64,000 nt of DNA from Eledone cirrhosa (GCA_964016885.1 OZ024745.1:127596001-127660000), one strand, 5' to 3'. Positions 13,571 through 31,272 are shown, counted from the stretch's first letter. Notes: generated by a model not told the origin, from the sequence alone. A program made the numbers and translations.

Positions 13571-13818
13571 AGGGCGGTGGATTGGCAGCATCGGTAGAGG
13601 GTCGGACGCCATGCTTTGCAGCACAGAGTTATGGCCCTTTATGATCTGGGTTCAAATCTGGCCGAGGTTAACTTTGCCTTTCGTCCTTACGAGGTAGATA
13701 AAATAAAGCAGCAGTCACGCACTGGGGTTGATAAAATAAAGCACTAGTCATGCACTGCGGTTGATTTAATTTCACCTCCCCCAAATTGCTGACCTTGTCC
13801 CTATATAAGAAACCATTA
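13571..13818 (+). mobile_element. tRNA-derived SINE (main family) with about 19-bp TSD
   Basis: A box TGGCAGCATCGG, B box GGTTCAAATC, conserved GCCTTTC.TCCTTACG.GGT.GATAAAATAAAG; flanks ATTACTT[G/T]CACTGAAGTTA. Confidence 0.85.
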
Positions 13819-14479
13819 CTTTCACTGAAGTTAATTATTCCCGCAACTTCGTTCTGATTAGTGCATTTAGTTTCTCATACCTCACCGTGCTCTTCGGTAT
13901 ACCTCTGATGAGCTTTAGATTGCTAAAAAGAACTCTCAGCAATGTACAGAATATTCGTTTGCAGTGAAATACATAATTTTGGAAACATCAAATAATTTCA
14001 GCCCCGATCGATATAAACATGACTCTGTATCGTGGAGGGTAATATACTAACACAAAGGAAATAATTCTGAGAAGGTCTTGGGGTTTTGGGCAACATTTTA
14101 GCTTTGTATGTTTTTACAAATGTGAATTAAATATAAATGAAAAGAATAGAAAGAAATTCTTACAAAAATGTTCCTAAAATATCTTCGAAACGAAATTCTG
14201 ACTAATCGCTTCTGATACCTATTTTCTAGAAAATAAGAACGTTCTGCTTCAAAATAAATGACAAATTTATACGTAATAACATTTTCAAATACAAAACATT
14301 TTATATTTAGAAAAAAATAAATGTCTTTTCTGACCCTTATAGGCTTCTTTGTCTTATCTATATATGTTTAATATGAAACAGTGTGCTTCCGAATATAACA
14401 AAGATGATGAAACGACGAACTGGGTGTAGTAATAACTTCATTAGGAAGACGTACGTATTATGCGAATGCTGTGGAATTA

Positions 14480-14565
<86 letters not shown>

Positions 14566-14664
14566 CTAATACTTTGTAGATAGCAGCTGTTTTCAGGTTA
14601 TGTAACTGTTATAGAAACACGTGTCAATAAATTCCTTTTAACTAAACTGTATCCATTCAAATCT

Positions 14665-14696
<32 letters not shown>

Positions 14697-14697
<1 letters not shown>

Positions 14698-14920
14698 AAT
14701 GGAAGGTTGGTTGGTAGAATCGAAGTTATGCGGTGGCCAAGCCAACGAGATACAATTAGGTTTGCACAAAAGCACTCGATAAGGATGTATCGATGAATCG
14801 ATAGGCTGCACCTTAGATAATTAACATACGTTAGATAGCGTGACAAATTGGAAACTGCGGCAAGAAGGCCTAGCCACACAATTCACCAAATCAATGAAAA
14901 TACAATCAGGTCACACACAT
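14697..14920 (+). repeat. Family D repeat copy (5' part)
   Basis: AAAGCACTCGATAAGG..CCTTAGATAATTAACATACGTTAGATAGCGTGACAAATTG. Confidence 0.55.
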
Positions 14921-15012
14921 ATATATATATATTGGTCTGCCGCAACAATAACACCGAATTCACGGGCCATCATATTATCTGTTCCTTTTATTGATTAACT
15001 ATTTATGCAATC

Positions 15013-15072
15013 GGCACTCGATGATGTCGCCAGGGTCTTACGTAACAAGGACATTGAAATATATATAGTGTT
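15013..15072 (+). ncRNA. Degenerate HHR
   Basis: ggcac-TCGATGA-tgtc..gaca-tt-GAAA-tatata-TA-gtgtt. Confidence 0.45.
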
Positions 15073-15297
15073 TTTGTAACAATAAGACTTAAAAGAGAAG
15101 GGATTTCTCTAGTCCGGCCTTCCGTTGTCTTAATTACACGCACACACACACACACATACACACACACATATAAACGATTTATGTAACATCAGCATCTTTA
15201 TTAATGTTATTATTATATTGAATCTCCATCGTAACTACAAACTATCAATGTTGAGAGCTTTCTCCTGCTTGCTCCTGTTTTTACCAAATCTCTTCGG

Positions 15298-15390
<93 letters not shown>

Positions 15391-15889
15391 TTACATATCA
15401 CACACGTTTAAACATACAAAAACATTCACACATCTTACCACACTAATACACACACACACTCCAATTTACATTTCAAACTCGTTACCAAACTACCTAAAAG
15501 TTGTCTTCTTTTCCATCTTCATTTTTGATTTTTTTTATCTCTTTACTGGACCTTTTTTCTGTTTCTCCATTGTGATCCTGTCTCTATTTGTACTCCCGAA
15601 GAAGGATCGAACTCTCATTCCTCTTTCCAATATAAAGCGTGAAACTAATAAGGCTTTTTGTAGCCGTAAGCTTTCAATTATTAACGTGGCATATAAATCC
15701 AGAGGACGGAAACTAATTGATATCAGAACACCTGTGTGCTGATATCTATTGTTTCCTGTTCACTGGTCTTATACACCACGTTAACATTTGACTATTTCAT
15801 TAAGCCAAAAAGTTACTGCGAAGCCTTCCATTCCGACTTTTCCTACTCCGCTCGCCGCTTTCTAAACATACTTCATATATATATTTATT

Positions 15890-16008
<119 letters not shown>

Positions 16009-16665
16009 GTTAAAGGGTAAAATCCTTCTTCGGTCACAAATGACCATGGTATTTACACCTTCAAATTTCCCTCCGAGGCACAAGTCCGTATGTATGTATG
16101 TATGTATGTACACACATCACAACTAAGACCACGCTGGAGCACTCTCTTCACAATTGAATGTTCTTTGTCTTTTGATTCATGCCTTTGCACGTCCAGTGTT
16201 TCATTAATTTTATTAGATACTAGTTTTCATGGAATCTCTAAATATTAATTATTTAGCGAAGTCGTGAACACTACTCTGGTATTATTGTAGCATTTAGCAA
16301 CTTTATAACTGAATTCTTGGAAAACAAACTATATACATACACCCACAAATACATCGACACAAACACACACTCCCATTTATACCAATCCTTTCTCTTGAAT
16401 ATCCATTTATTTTTAAGCATAACGTTCTTATTTTCTAGAAAATAGGTATCAGAAGCGATTAGTCAGAATTTCGTTTCGAAGATATTTTAGGAACATTTCT
16501 GTAAGAATTTCTTTCTATTATTTTCATTTATATTTAATTCACATTTGTAAAAACATACAAAGCTAAAAATGCTGCCAAAACCCCTAGACCTTCTCTGAAA
16601 TATTTCCTTTGAAAGTCGTGTTCGAAAACTAATGCAAGAGAAATATATATATGTATATAAACACT

Positions 16666-16736
<71 letters not shown>

Positions 16737-17328
16737 TGTTTGTGTGTGTGTGTTTTATTCTTGTTTAGTGTTTGTACAAGGAACGAGAACGATAAAGATT
16801 TACCAAATACCAAGCAGCCGCTTACTTCATTTTTTTACTTTACAGTTCTTCAGATAAAGCAGCACTGTTGTTTTATGTCTTAATAGATTTATTCCAGAGT
16901 ACTGAGTTTGGAGTGTGTATACTAGTTTTTGTTTTCATTTCTTTAGAGTTTTTTTTCAAGCCGATTAAACCTCATCGTGAATATAAAGATTCCGAGTTAT
17001 GTAGCGTTTCACTGTCCTGTCGAACTCTAAAATTATTTTCGAAAGAAAGAATTTTATTTTGAAAGTCGATTTGTCATTCACTCGACTAGAAATAAGCTCT
17101 AGAAATTAAAAGAAGCTAATATCAAATAAAATAACGAAGGAAAATTGCTTCAGACAGAAAACAGTTATCTTTTTTTGTTCTTGCTGTATAATTAGATGAA
17201 CGTATATAATTTTATTTTCATTTTCAATGAGAATTGTTCCTTCGTGATAATTATCTACATACAAAGAATATTACGAAATATCTCTAATATAAACATTAGG
17301 GGACTTTGACACGACACACACACACATA

Positions 17329-17406
17329 CGGGGTGTCCCCCAAAATGTATACACACTTCAACAGTATTCTAATAATAATATGTATACATTTTTGTGGACA
17401 CCCTGT
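17329..17406. mobile_element. Tc1/mariner-type MITE
   Basis: TA-CGGGGTGTCC..GGACACCCTG-TA; homologue of 1622-1718. Confidence 0.7.
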
Positions 17407-17734
17407 ATATGTAATACTTTTAAAAAGGAAGTTTGATTGTTCGTACATTGACCGCTAATGACATGAAATAGAACTGGAATAATTAAGGTTTACCAAGTAT
17501 TCTCAACTAATCTGACCCCAGCCACGCCCGCAAACAACTTTTTCTCCCCAAACAGAATGGCATGGGTCCTCGGATTTCCCAGCCGCTAACATTTCTTCTG
17601 TGGAAATAATAGATGCGGGAAGGGAGGGGGCCCTCAGAGTTACTGATAAGCATCTCAGCCGTTTAAATTCATAGAAAAGCGATACATTGATACTGAAGGA
17701 TGTTTCCATTCTTCATCATTTTATACTGCTGTGG

Positions 17735-18285
17735 AAAGCGTCGTAAACTTAATTAATCAACTGTTCCTCAATTTCGAAATCTACCATTTCAATTAGGAGT
17801 GGCTGTGTGAAAGAACAATCTTTGCCCCCCAAATTATCATAATGAATGCCATCAACAAAAGTCCCTCACAAATATCTCTGGAGTTAACCAGATTTATAAA
17901 TCTATCGACAAAGTTGTTGACGAGGACGAGGCTGTTCATTATCCCGTTGAATTGCTGAACAGTCTGGAATCATCCGTGTCTACCACACAACGTTGAATTG
18001 AAGAAGGGCACAGTCATCTTGATTCTCAGAAACCTGGATCAGCTATGATTGTGCAACAGGACGCACATGTTTGTTACTGAACTTCAACCTCACGTTATCG
18101 AAAACAAAACCCTCACTAGATGTGGTAAGGGAGTCATCGTATTTATACCTAGAATACCGCTAATACCAACAGATGTCCCTTTTCGTTTCAAAAGATTGTA
18201 ATTCCTAGTGCGAGTTAGATATGCAATTCCCATTGACAAATCCCAAGGCCAAGCACTGTAGGTTGTCTGTCTGCGTCAAGAGGAG
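17735..18285 (+). pseudogene. Helitron PIF1-like helicase fragment (stops and frameshifts)
   Basis: YKSIDKVVDEDEAVHYPVELLNSL..KKGTVILILRNLD..VFIPRIPLIPTDVPFRFKRL*F..DKSQGQAL. Confidence 0.85.
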
Positions 18286-18407
18286 GGTTGTGGCTCACAT
18301 ATTTAAATTATTTGTATATTAAATCCCTGACCCAGCTAGGTGCAACATATAAGCGACGTGATTTACTGATTACAGGAAAAATGAAATCAGTCTCAGCAAC
18401 AGTAAAG

Positions 18408-18537
<130 letters not shown>

Positions 18538-18619
18538 GAGATAGATATATATATATAGAGAGAGAGTAGGGGTAACAACTGCAATAACTATATCTATTTC
18601 TTAATCTGTTTTACATACT

Positions 18620-19145
18620 TATTCTTGAGAGAGTCGTGGGAGCAGAGTCGTCAAACACTCCCTCCAACGGATTCGGCTGGATCCACAAGCGAGACTAGCC
18701 AAGCTCATGGATGTTATCCAATCATCTTGCTTGGTGTCTAACCATGGGTCTCCTGTCGGTTGGTTTTGCCCGTAAAAACTGTACAGCTATTCTTTCCCGA
18801 GACATTGTAACTACATGCCATAGGTATCGGAGCTGTGATCTCTCAATTCGAATAAGTAGCGGCTCTGTCCGGAGTGACCCCCTGATCTCCAAGCTACGCA
18901 CTTTATCGAGTAATATTACTCCAAAGATTCTTCAGAGGAACCCCATTTCAGCCACTTGTATTCGCGATCGTATTCCATCGGTCATTACCCAAGATCCACA
19001 GCTATAAGTAAAGGTATACACGAATATTACATTGAAGATAACGAGTTTGGCTTTTACACCAACCTCCTCCTTTCTTCTGATTACCGAATACTGAAGTCGG
19101 CGCATTACTGCATTACTGCACCAACTTTTGCAATTCTTGCACTTA
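18620..19145 (-). mobile_element. RTE-clade LINE 3' ORF fragment
   Basis: Minus strand TYSCGSWVMTDGIRSRIQVAEMGFL..DKVRSLEIR..EPLLIRIERSQLRYLWHV. Confidence 0.8.
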
Positions 19146-19209
19146 ATTCAGGGTCGTGTTCACGAGTAATGGAAGGTAGGAGGCTTCATTAAGTGCAAGA
19201 TTTGCAGGA

Positions 19210-19515
19210 GCTAGTGTAGTAATAGCTATATAGTAATAGCTATGTAGTAATAGCTAGTGTAGTAATAGCTATATAGTAATAGCTATGTAGTAATAGCTAG
19301 TGTAGTAATAGCTATATAGTAATAGCTATGTAGTAATAGCTAGTGTAGTAATAGCTATATAGTAATAGCTATGTAGTAATAGCTATGTAGTAACAGCTAT
19401 ATAGTAATAGCTATGTAGTAATAGCTATGTAGTAACAGCTATATAGTAATAGCTATATAGTAATAGTTATGTGGTAATAGCTATATAGTAATAGCTATAT
19501 AATAATAGCTATGTA
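19210..19515. repeat. 14-15-bp minisatellite with 43-bp higher-order unit
   Basis: (T[A/G]TAGTAATAGCTA)n with a periodic GTGTAG variant. Confidence 0.9.
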
Positions 19516-19847
19516 CATCTTATATTGGCAGAAGGTTAAAGATTTGAACAGGAATTGCTTTAGTAGCTTAAAACTATATAATTATTGATTCTACTGACGG
19601 AATGATTATAGGCAACGATGAAAGGGTGATGAAAAGCGACGGGATTCGAACACAGAAGGGGTTTATTTTATTGATCAAGAGCAATAAAAAGTAAACCCAA
19701 TAACTCAGGTACACAACAAACACATACTGTAAGATAGTTATTTCACTTTTTTACAGTTTATACCACACAACCAGTCTGATATCATTACATATATCATCAT
19801 AAGTTATATAATCAGAAACGATATCAGTAGCAACCTCTTCCTCCACA

Positions 19848-21690
<1,843 letters not shown>

Positions 21691-21964
21691 CTACATCAAT
21701 AGAAATATGCTCAACAAAGAGAACATCATTTAATATTGCTATAGTGAATACAATTGCATTGTTGTATATGTTCCTGTTGCATATAGCTGTGGCAAGTCTA
21801 TGTAATGTTAGTGGACATATACAATTAATATATACCACACAGAAACACACACAGACGGACACATGTGTATGTATAGAAACACATGCAAAAATACACACAC
21901 AATGCATGGACCCTTATATACACATACACTCACACACACATTTATGAATATTTATTTATATACC

Positions 21965-22069
<105 letters not shown>

Positions 22070-22085
22070 GCAAAGGTTATATTTT

Positions 22086-23058
22086 TATTTTCATATCTTC
22101 CAATATTTTATATCTTCAAACATTTTTAATATATGTATCCAAATATTTATATATATGTGGAATAACATATGGTTTTTATATATAGGCGTTTTATATATAT
22201 GTGGAATAACCTATGGTTTATGTTTTAACTATATTCTTAAGATAAATTTTTTAAACTTTATAACAAGTATGACTTCTTATAAAATAACCTATGGTTTATG
22301 TTTTAATTATATTCTTAAGATAAATTTATGACTTCTTATAAAATAACATATGGTTTATGTTTTAATTATATTCTTAAGATAAATTTATGACTTCTTATAA
22401 AATAACAAATGGTTTATGTTTTAATTATATTCTTAAGATGAAATTTTTTTAACTTTATCACATCTATGACTTCTCATGAAAAAAAAAAAAATTTTTTTTT
22501 TTCGAAAAGTTTTTTTATGTATCCTTGGAGTCATTTGAGTTCTTAAAAAATCATTTCTAACTTCCTTTATACTTCCTTACTGCTTTTATAATATAATTAA
22601 GTAGTTATTCCTTTGTAAACTCTCGTAAATTTTCATAAATTTAGGAATATTTGGATGTTTAAGTTTTGACTTATATATGCATATTAATAAATATAATTTT
22701 GCCAAACTTTCTTTAATAAAATAAACTATACTAGATTTTCTCTAATGTAAAATACTATATTTTTATTTAAATAATTTATAATCCATAACATACACATCTA
22801 AACCAATATATTATTACTAATACATCTTAATATAATATAAATACTTCTGTTTTAATTTTAATTTTTAATTTTTTAATTTTTAATATTAATATTAATTAAA
22901 TCTTTAATATTAAGGCAAATTTTAATCTTTAATTTTGATTTTTAATTTTTAATTTAAATCTAATTTTTCAACCTATCATTATAAATATAATCGCAACGTA
23001 ATGAACCCTAGATTCTAAATATTATTCTTCCATGTTAATCTTATTTCTTCTTTCACTT
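22086..23058 (+). mobile_element. AT-rich 3' region of the PLE at 48160-50480 (second copy), with about 60-bp internal tandem repeats
   Basis: High reverse-complement similarity to about 48621-49475. Confidence 0.75.
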
Positions 23059-23234
23059 AGATATATTTACGATATGTATATTTTACCATTAAAACTTATT
23101 TCTTCATTTATTATAAGTTGAGCCAACTTATGCAGCTTCATATGCAAATGAGATTAATCATCTCATTTACACAGATGACAGAAGTATATATTCTCGCCTG
23201 TCTTCTAGTCCAGCAGTTGCAAGCGGTGGGAGGC

Positions 23235-23278
23235 ACCGTCCTGACGATGGCCAGTTAAGCCTGAAATGCATAGACGGT
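23235..23278 (+). ncRNA. Type I HHR with extended stem I
   Basis: accgtc-CTGACGA-t-ggc(cagttaa)gcc-t-GAAA-tgca-TA-gacggt; stem I extends to GTCCAGCAG (23208-16)/CTGCTGGAC (23293-301). Confidence 0.85.
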
Positions 23279-23379
23279 TGTCCCCCTTGCTTCTGCTGGA
23301 CATCACCAGATAGCGTTAACCTCCGGCTTCCTAAAACTGTATTTCTTTGGAGATACGAAATATTTATGCATATATATAT

Positions 23380-23455
23380 AATATAGAAATGGCTTCTAAA
23401 GGTCTAGAAGTGTTTCATTCCTATAGAAATCATTAGGAAAGCCATTTCTATATTA
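23380..23455 (-). ncRNA. Degenerate family C HHR
   Basis: Minus strand tatagaaatggctttc-CTAATGA-..-GAAA-cac(ttctagac)ctt-TA-gaagccatttctata. Confidence 0.5.
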
Positions 23456-23492
23456 CATATATATATATATATATAAATATACAATATACACA

Positions 23493-23594
<102 letters not shown>

Positions 23595-23638
23595 AGTGTA
23601 ACGTATTAATATGTTCATTCTGTCATTAAAACACCAGA

Positions 23639-23690
23639 GGTCTGACGGGCCTTTGATTCCAGATCGATACATAGCGAAACGCGCGTCACC
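23639..23690 (+). ncRNA. Degenerate HHR in a short unit between two (TA)n tracts
   Basis: ggt-CTGACGG-gc..gc-GAAA-cgcgcg-TC-acc, then AATAAA. Confidence 0.55.
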
Positions 23691-23728
23691 GATCAATAAA
23701 CGTAACGGGGCTTAACAAATCGTCCTTG

Positions 23729-23889
<161 letters not shown>

Positions 23890-24772
23890 CATTTTTGGTC
23901 CCCTAATTGTATAATTTTTAAATTTGTTTTAATCATTTTTGTAATTTTTTAACCTTCTAATTCACTATAGCAAATTTCTTCTTGGCGATACATAATTTTT
24001 TCTTTAAATAGTTCATCTTTATATCATTTTTTCTCAACATTAATTTTTAGTACCTTTATCTCCCAATCTTTTACTTCAAATCTATTAATATTAGCGTTAG
24101 GTGAATTTTGTAAACAAATTTTTGACGTAATGTTTTTTTCTTCCTCGTATTTTTTCGTTTTTTCCATCTTTCCATGCTTGTATAAACTTAAATAATTATT
24201 TTTTATATTATCATCTATTGAAACAAACTAGGACCCTATATCGTCTTATAAATCATCTAACTTTATTTTCATTCACCTTATCTTATTTCACTTTATTTTA
24301 TCTTAATACTTTTTAAATAAATTTTTGCACTTCTTAATAAATCGCTCACTATTTAAACCCGAAATAAATAGTATACTTAATTTCTATATCTGTAATCATA
24401 AGCATCATCATCCATAAACCTCATTAACTTTTAAATTTTAAAATCTTATTAATTTATTTAATTTATTTAATTTATTTATAAATTTAACAACCGTTTTTTT
24501 TCAGTCATCTCTGTGTGTGAGACAGCGTTTCTCAGTTTAAATGTTTATCTCTCTCTCTTTTCTCTCCTCTCTCTTTCTCCTTCCTCCTTCTTATAATCTT
24601 CCTCCGTTATCCTTCCCTTCTTTTTTCTTTTTCCTTTCTTCATCTTCCTTACCCTTCTACCCTTCCTTTCCTTTTTCCAATGTCCTATATCCTTTTAAAT
24701 TTATTTATCATATGTTGTTTAGACACTGCCTTGCTCACACGTGTCCTTTTTAAACTTCATATCATGTCTCCC

Positions 24773-24843
24773 TATTTTATCTGATGAGAACGCAAATATC
24801 GTCCCTGGATGATATTTGTTTTTGAAATGCGCATAATAAAATA
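24773..24843 (+). ncRNA. Type I HHR (family A) at the end of an AT-rich PLE-like 3' region (about 23890-24880)
   Basis: tattttat-CTGATGA-..caaatatcgtcc(ct)ggatgatatttg..-GAAA-tgcgca-TA-ataaaata. Confidence 0.85.
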
Positions 24844-24889
24844 CATGGAACTTTTCTAACCATCTTTTAATTTCTTCTTATATATATAT

Positions 24890-24928
<39 letters not shown>

Positions 24929-24939
24929 AATAATATTAA

Positions 24940-25124
24940 TTGTTTCTACTTTAGGCACAAGGCCAGCAATTACCCAGTGCATTACTGGTACTTTATTTTA
25001 TCGACCCAGTAAGGATGAAAGGCAGAGTCAACCTGGGCGGGATTTGAACTCAGATCGTAAAGGGACGTCACTATGCTGGAAAGCATGGCGTCCGACCCAC
25101 TATCGATTCTGCCAATCCACCGCC
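24940..25124 (-). mobile_element. Main-family tRNA SINE with TSD TATATAAATAATATTAAT
   Basis: Full-length copy; direct repeats at about 24923-40 and 25126-43. Confidence 0.85.
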
Positions 25125-25125
25125 T

Positions 25126-25447
25126 ATATATAAATAATATTAATAAATGGAAACTATCTTTATAAAATATAAAAGTTGTTTTACAGATAGTGACATATCC
25201 AAAACAAGAACTGATAGTTTTAAGTTTCGTTTGAAACAAAACTTAAAGAACTTTTATATTTTATCTGATGAAGGCGTACCAAAAAATGTTGGTACCCTTG
25301 AAATATATATAATAAAATAAATATGGTTTTATAAAGATAGTTTCTATTTATTAATATTATTGATATTATACACCAGAAAAGCTGTAGAGTGCTTCGAATC
25401 CGTTATAAACTAAATTTGTTGAATAACCAACAAATTAAATAACTCAT
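25126..25447 (+). mobile_element. Family A fold-back unit; HHR at 25257-25319
   Basis: tattttat-CTGATGA-aggcgtaccaa(aaaatg)ttggtaccctt-GAAA-tatata-TA-ataaaata; 25135-25170 is an inverted copy of 25327-25360. Confidence 0.75.
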
Positions 25448-25449
25448 TA

Positions 25450-25554
<105 letters not shown>

Positions 25555-25677
25555 AATTATACTAGTTATGGTTATGTAAATACAAAAACCTTTTGCAGTT
25601 ATATATATTTTTATACAAACCCTAAATAGTGGTAGGCAGTAATATATTATTACCTTATTACCAGTTCTTTGATTCTT

Positions 25678-25716
<39 letters not shown>

Positions 25717-25740
25717 ATAAATAAATATATATATATATAT

Positions 25741-26187
<447 letters not shown>

Positions 26188-26245
26188 TGAAAGCCATTCT
26201 ATTTTCTAATTTCAAACCTGCTCACTGTTTCAAAACATACTTACT

Positions 26246-26400
<155 letters not shown>

Positions 26401-26662
26401 GACCATACCGAGAACATATGTAAATGTTTTTAGAGAAAAATGTTTCTAGAGAAAAATGTTTTTAGAGAAAAATAACAGGTTCATTCATGTTGACATCTCT
26501 TAGAAAACTGTTGATGCTGGTGTTTTGTTTATGATATATTTCTCACTCTTAGTACGGCTGTTACTTAAATATAAGTATGTATACGTACATACTTATATGT
26601 AGACAGATGTACAGTAGTATGTATATATATACATACATGCACACATATATATATATATATGT

Positions 26663-27880
26663 ACTGGGACTGCGCAAAGCGGCGTCGACTTATGCCAACG
26701 ACGTGACGGTAATGGTCTCGAGCACCTAGGAAATTGGGGTGATCGGCAACTTACTGAAAGAATACGAAACGCTGACGGGAGCAAAACTAAACCCGGACAA
26801 GTCTGTGGGTTTGCAACTCGGTACGTGGAGAAGCAAACCGATGACGTCTGACAGCGTCGTTGGACGCTGGACGGACGGACCGGTAAAATTGCTCGGGGTC
26901 TGGTTCGGTTCAGACCTCCAGGTGAAGAAAAACTGGAACGAGGTCACGGCCAAGGTGTTTGCACGGCCAAGGTGTTTGCACTCACTATAGAGGGATTGTA
27001 CGTTACAAGGGCGACGACGTGCTCGGAGAGACTCTGGGCGTCGAAGACGATGAGCTCACCAGTCTATTTGGTAGGACTTTCCGCCCGGGACCTATGGACA
27101 ACTTCCAGAGGTCCCTGGCCTGGCAATGCTACGGAGGAGCTCTACCGGTTCGTGACAAAATCTACAGGCACGGACGCCCCGACAGGGATCCTTCCAAGAG
27201 GACGTGTCCAAGATGCGCGCAGGACATTGAAACAGTCCTGCACGCAATTGTACACTGCCCGGGCGTAACTGACCTGTGGAACTATGCAGAACAACTGCTG
27301 TCGCGTATGGGACAAATCCAGTTGACTGCCGAGTCCATAGTAAGGATCAAACCGCCAGCCTCTTTCAAAAACGAAAGAGAGGCGGTTTTCCTCTGTACAG
27401 TGGCTATGGTGAAAGAAGTTATATGGTGGACGAGGTTGAGAGGACTGAGGACAGATGCCTTTCTCTCCGGACAACAATTGATTTCCTTCTTTAAGTATCA
27501 CTTTAGAAGGAGAATCAGAGTGGACAGAGAGGCACTGGACTTGAGTAAATTTACTGAAAGGTGGGTGAATGAAGCCAATATGGCCCAAGTGATTGGGCCT
27601 TCTCTGTTTATAAGCCTGTAGGTTAAAGAAGAGAGCAAAAGGAAGAAAGGAGCACTTGCACAACACGCTCCTGAGGTTGAGGGTTGTTCTATCGACGGGG
27701 TATTAAACAACCCATTTGTGGCGCCTCCCCCCTATTGGGGATTTCGATTGTTGTAATTGTTTGTTTTTATATTTTTTACACGACTGTATGTAAAATCCCC
27801 GGCATGTCTTTGTATTGTCCCCTTTTCTTGTGCGCCCTTGTGGTTAATAAAGAAATCTATCTATCTATCTATCTATCTAC
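26663..27880 (+). mobile_element. 5'-truncated Tx1/L1-clade LINE (RT C-terminal part, zinc knuckle, 3'UTR, (TCTA)n tail)
   Basis: STYANDVTVMV (YADD-like), TGAKLNPDKS, VKLLGVWFG, CPRCAQDIETVLHAIVHCP; AATAAA before the tail. Confidence 0.85.
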
Positions 27881-28343
27881 CCTCAATCCACCGATATCTA
27901 TTTCTCTTCATCTTCTTTGTCCATCTTTGCTGTCATATCCCGACTGGAATATTATACACATATCCAATTATGAGAATATTATTTCTCTTCATTTACATCC
28001 CTGCACCCTTTCCATCCCTTTGCCTGCCTGTCTGCTTGCCTGCCTGTCTGCCTGCCTGTCTGCCTGCCTGTCTGCCTGTCTGCCTGTCTGTCTGTTTGTC
28101 TGTTTGTCTGTTTGTCTGTCTACATATCAGTTTCTTTGTCTTTCTCAACCCCTCTCCCATTTCTAATTCCCTCCCCCACACCTTATATTTTACCCATTCA
28201 TTGCAGCCAATATCCACACATACATATCTTAATTATGAGGTCGTACAATATTTGCCTGTCTGTCTGTCTGTTTGTCTCTCTGTCTGTCTGTTGTCTGTCT
28301 CTCTGTCTGTCTCTCTGTCTCTGCTTCTCCGCCATTCTCATAT

Positions 28344-28657
<314 letters not shown>

Positions 28658-28671
28658 TATATATCTATATA

Positions 28672-28726
<55 letters not shown>

Positions 28727-28754
28727 ATGTTTGTTTAAGTGAATGAGAATAAAA

Positions 28755-28823
<69 letters not shown>

Positions 28824-29039
28824 CCAGATGAGTGTGTGAAGTAATGGGATAAAAGAATGAGATGAGCGGCAAGATAGAAAGAGAGTAAGGAATAAAGGGG
28901 GTAAGGAAAGAGCGAGTGAGTAGGAGATAGATATATAGAGAGGGGGATGAAAGAAAAAAAAGAGGAGGTGGAAAGAGACAAAGACAGATTAAAGTGATCC
29001 ACATACAAACACACAAACACACACACATTCTCTCTCTTT

Positions 29040-29051
29040 CTATATATATAC

Positions 29052-29120
<69 letters not shown>

Positions 29121-29155
29121 CATATATTATTATATACATATACATATATATATAT

Positions 29156-29186
<31 letters not shown>

Positions 29187-29316
29187 CATATATATAGTTG
29201 ATAAAAATAACAAAACAAACACAGTGGGATGCAAAAATACTAAGTCATTAGATTCACGCTTATATATATGTATGTATATATATATATATATTTATGTATA
29301 TATATATATATATGTG

Positions 29317-29351
<35 letters not shown>

Positions 29352-29370
29352 ATTTATATGTGTGTGTGTG

Positions 29371-29413
<43 letters not shown>

Positions 29414-31038
29414 ATATATCTACATATATATATATATAACACATATACATACGCACATACACACATACATAGATGCATACATACATACGTACATACATAT
29501 ATACATACAAATACATACACACATACGCACATTCATACATACACACACATATACATACGTACATACAAACATACATAGATTCATATATACATACATACAT
29601 ACGTACGTACATACATAATATATAATTACACATACACATACATAGTCATACATACACACATACACATACACACACACATACATAGACACACACTTACACA
29701 CACATACATACATATATACATACAAATACATACATACATACGCACATTCATACATACGTACTTATATACATATACACACACACATATACATACACATACA
29801 TAATATATATATAATACATTCATAATATATACATGTATGCATACATACATAGGCACACACATACATACACATGCATACTAACATGCACACACTCATACAT
29901 AGACACATACATATATATACACACGCATATATATATGCCAACACACACACACATCTAATAAAACGTTTGTATGCCATTACTATTTATATCTTTCACTCTT
30001 TCTCTTTTTCTTTCTCATTCTCTGTCTCTTTATAGCCCCCCCCCCCCTTCCATTCACTCATTGTGGTGACGATGGCGATGGCGATGACGATCACGATGAC
30101 GATGGCGACGACGAAAAGAACATCAATAACAAAAACAGATAATCACATACACACACACACACACACACACATACACACGCGCGGGGTGGATTGGCAGTAT
30201 CGGTAGAGGGTCGGACGCCATGCTTTGACGCATAGAGTTACGGCCCTTGCCATTCTGAGTTCAAATCTCTCCAAGGTTAACTTTGCCTTTCATCCTGACG
30301 GGGTCGATAAAATAAAGTACCAGTAATTTACTGGATAACTTTACTGGATAACTGCTGGCCTTGTGCCTAAATTAGAAACAATTATATATATATACACACA
30401 CTCACACACACACACACATATACATACATATACATATATAAATACATATATATATATACATATATACATATATACATATATACATACACATATACATACA
30501 TATATACATACATATATACAGACACATATACATATACATACACATATACATATTCATACACATATACATACATATATATATACAAATATACATACACATA
30601 TACATATGCATATATACATACTCATATACATATATACACACATATATACATACATACATACATACATATATACATACCCATATACATACATATATACATA
30701 CATATATACATATATACATATACATATACATACACATATACATACATACATATACATACATATACATACACATATACATATACATACACATATACATATA
30801 CATACACATATACATACATACATATACATACATATACATACACATATACATACATACATATACATACATATACATACATATACATACACATATACGTACA
30901 TAATTTCAGCTTTTTTTCTCACGCTTTCTTTCCGTTATATCTTTTTCCATGCAGTTCAACTACAAAAACAACTGTAATAACCAACACAACAGTTACAACA
31001 ATAAGATAAACAACCATATATATATATATACATATACT

Positions 31039-31084
<46 letters not shown>

Positions 31085-31086
31085 AC

Positions 31087-31136
<50 letters not shown>

Positions 31137-31159
31137 TGTTATACTTATATATATATAAA

Positions 31160-31200
<41 letters not shown>

Positions 31201-31203
31201 ATA

Positions 31204-31272
<69 letters not shown>

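Noticed and set aside
13571-13660. tRNA-like sequences (A/B boxes) here and in other copies
   Set aside because: They are SINE heads followed by a shared body and tail, not tRNA genes
13900-13940. CTGATGA followed by a hairpin
   Set aside because: No GAAA/stem III/UH in register
19210-19515. CRISPR-like periodicity (also 22180-22450, 61100-61520)
   Set aside because: Tandem units without unique spacers; no cas genes; eukaryotic context
27142-27666. 174-aa minus-strand ORF
   Set aside because: Antisense shadow of the Tx1-like LINE ORF
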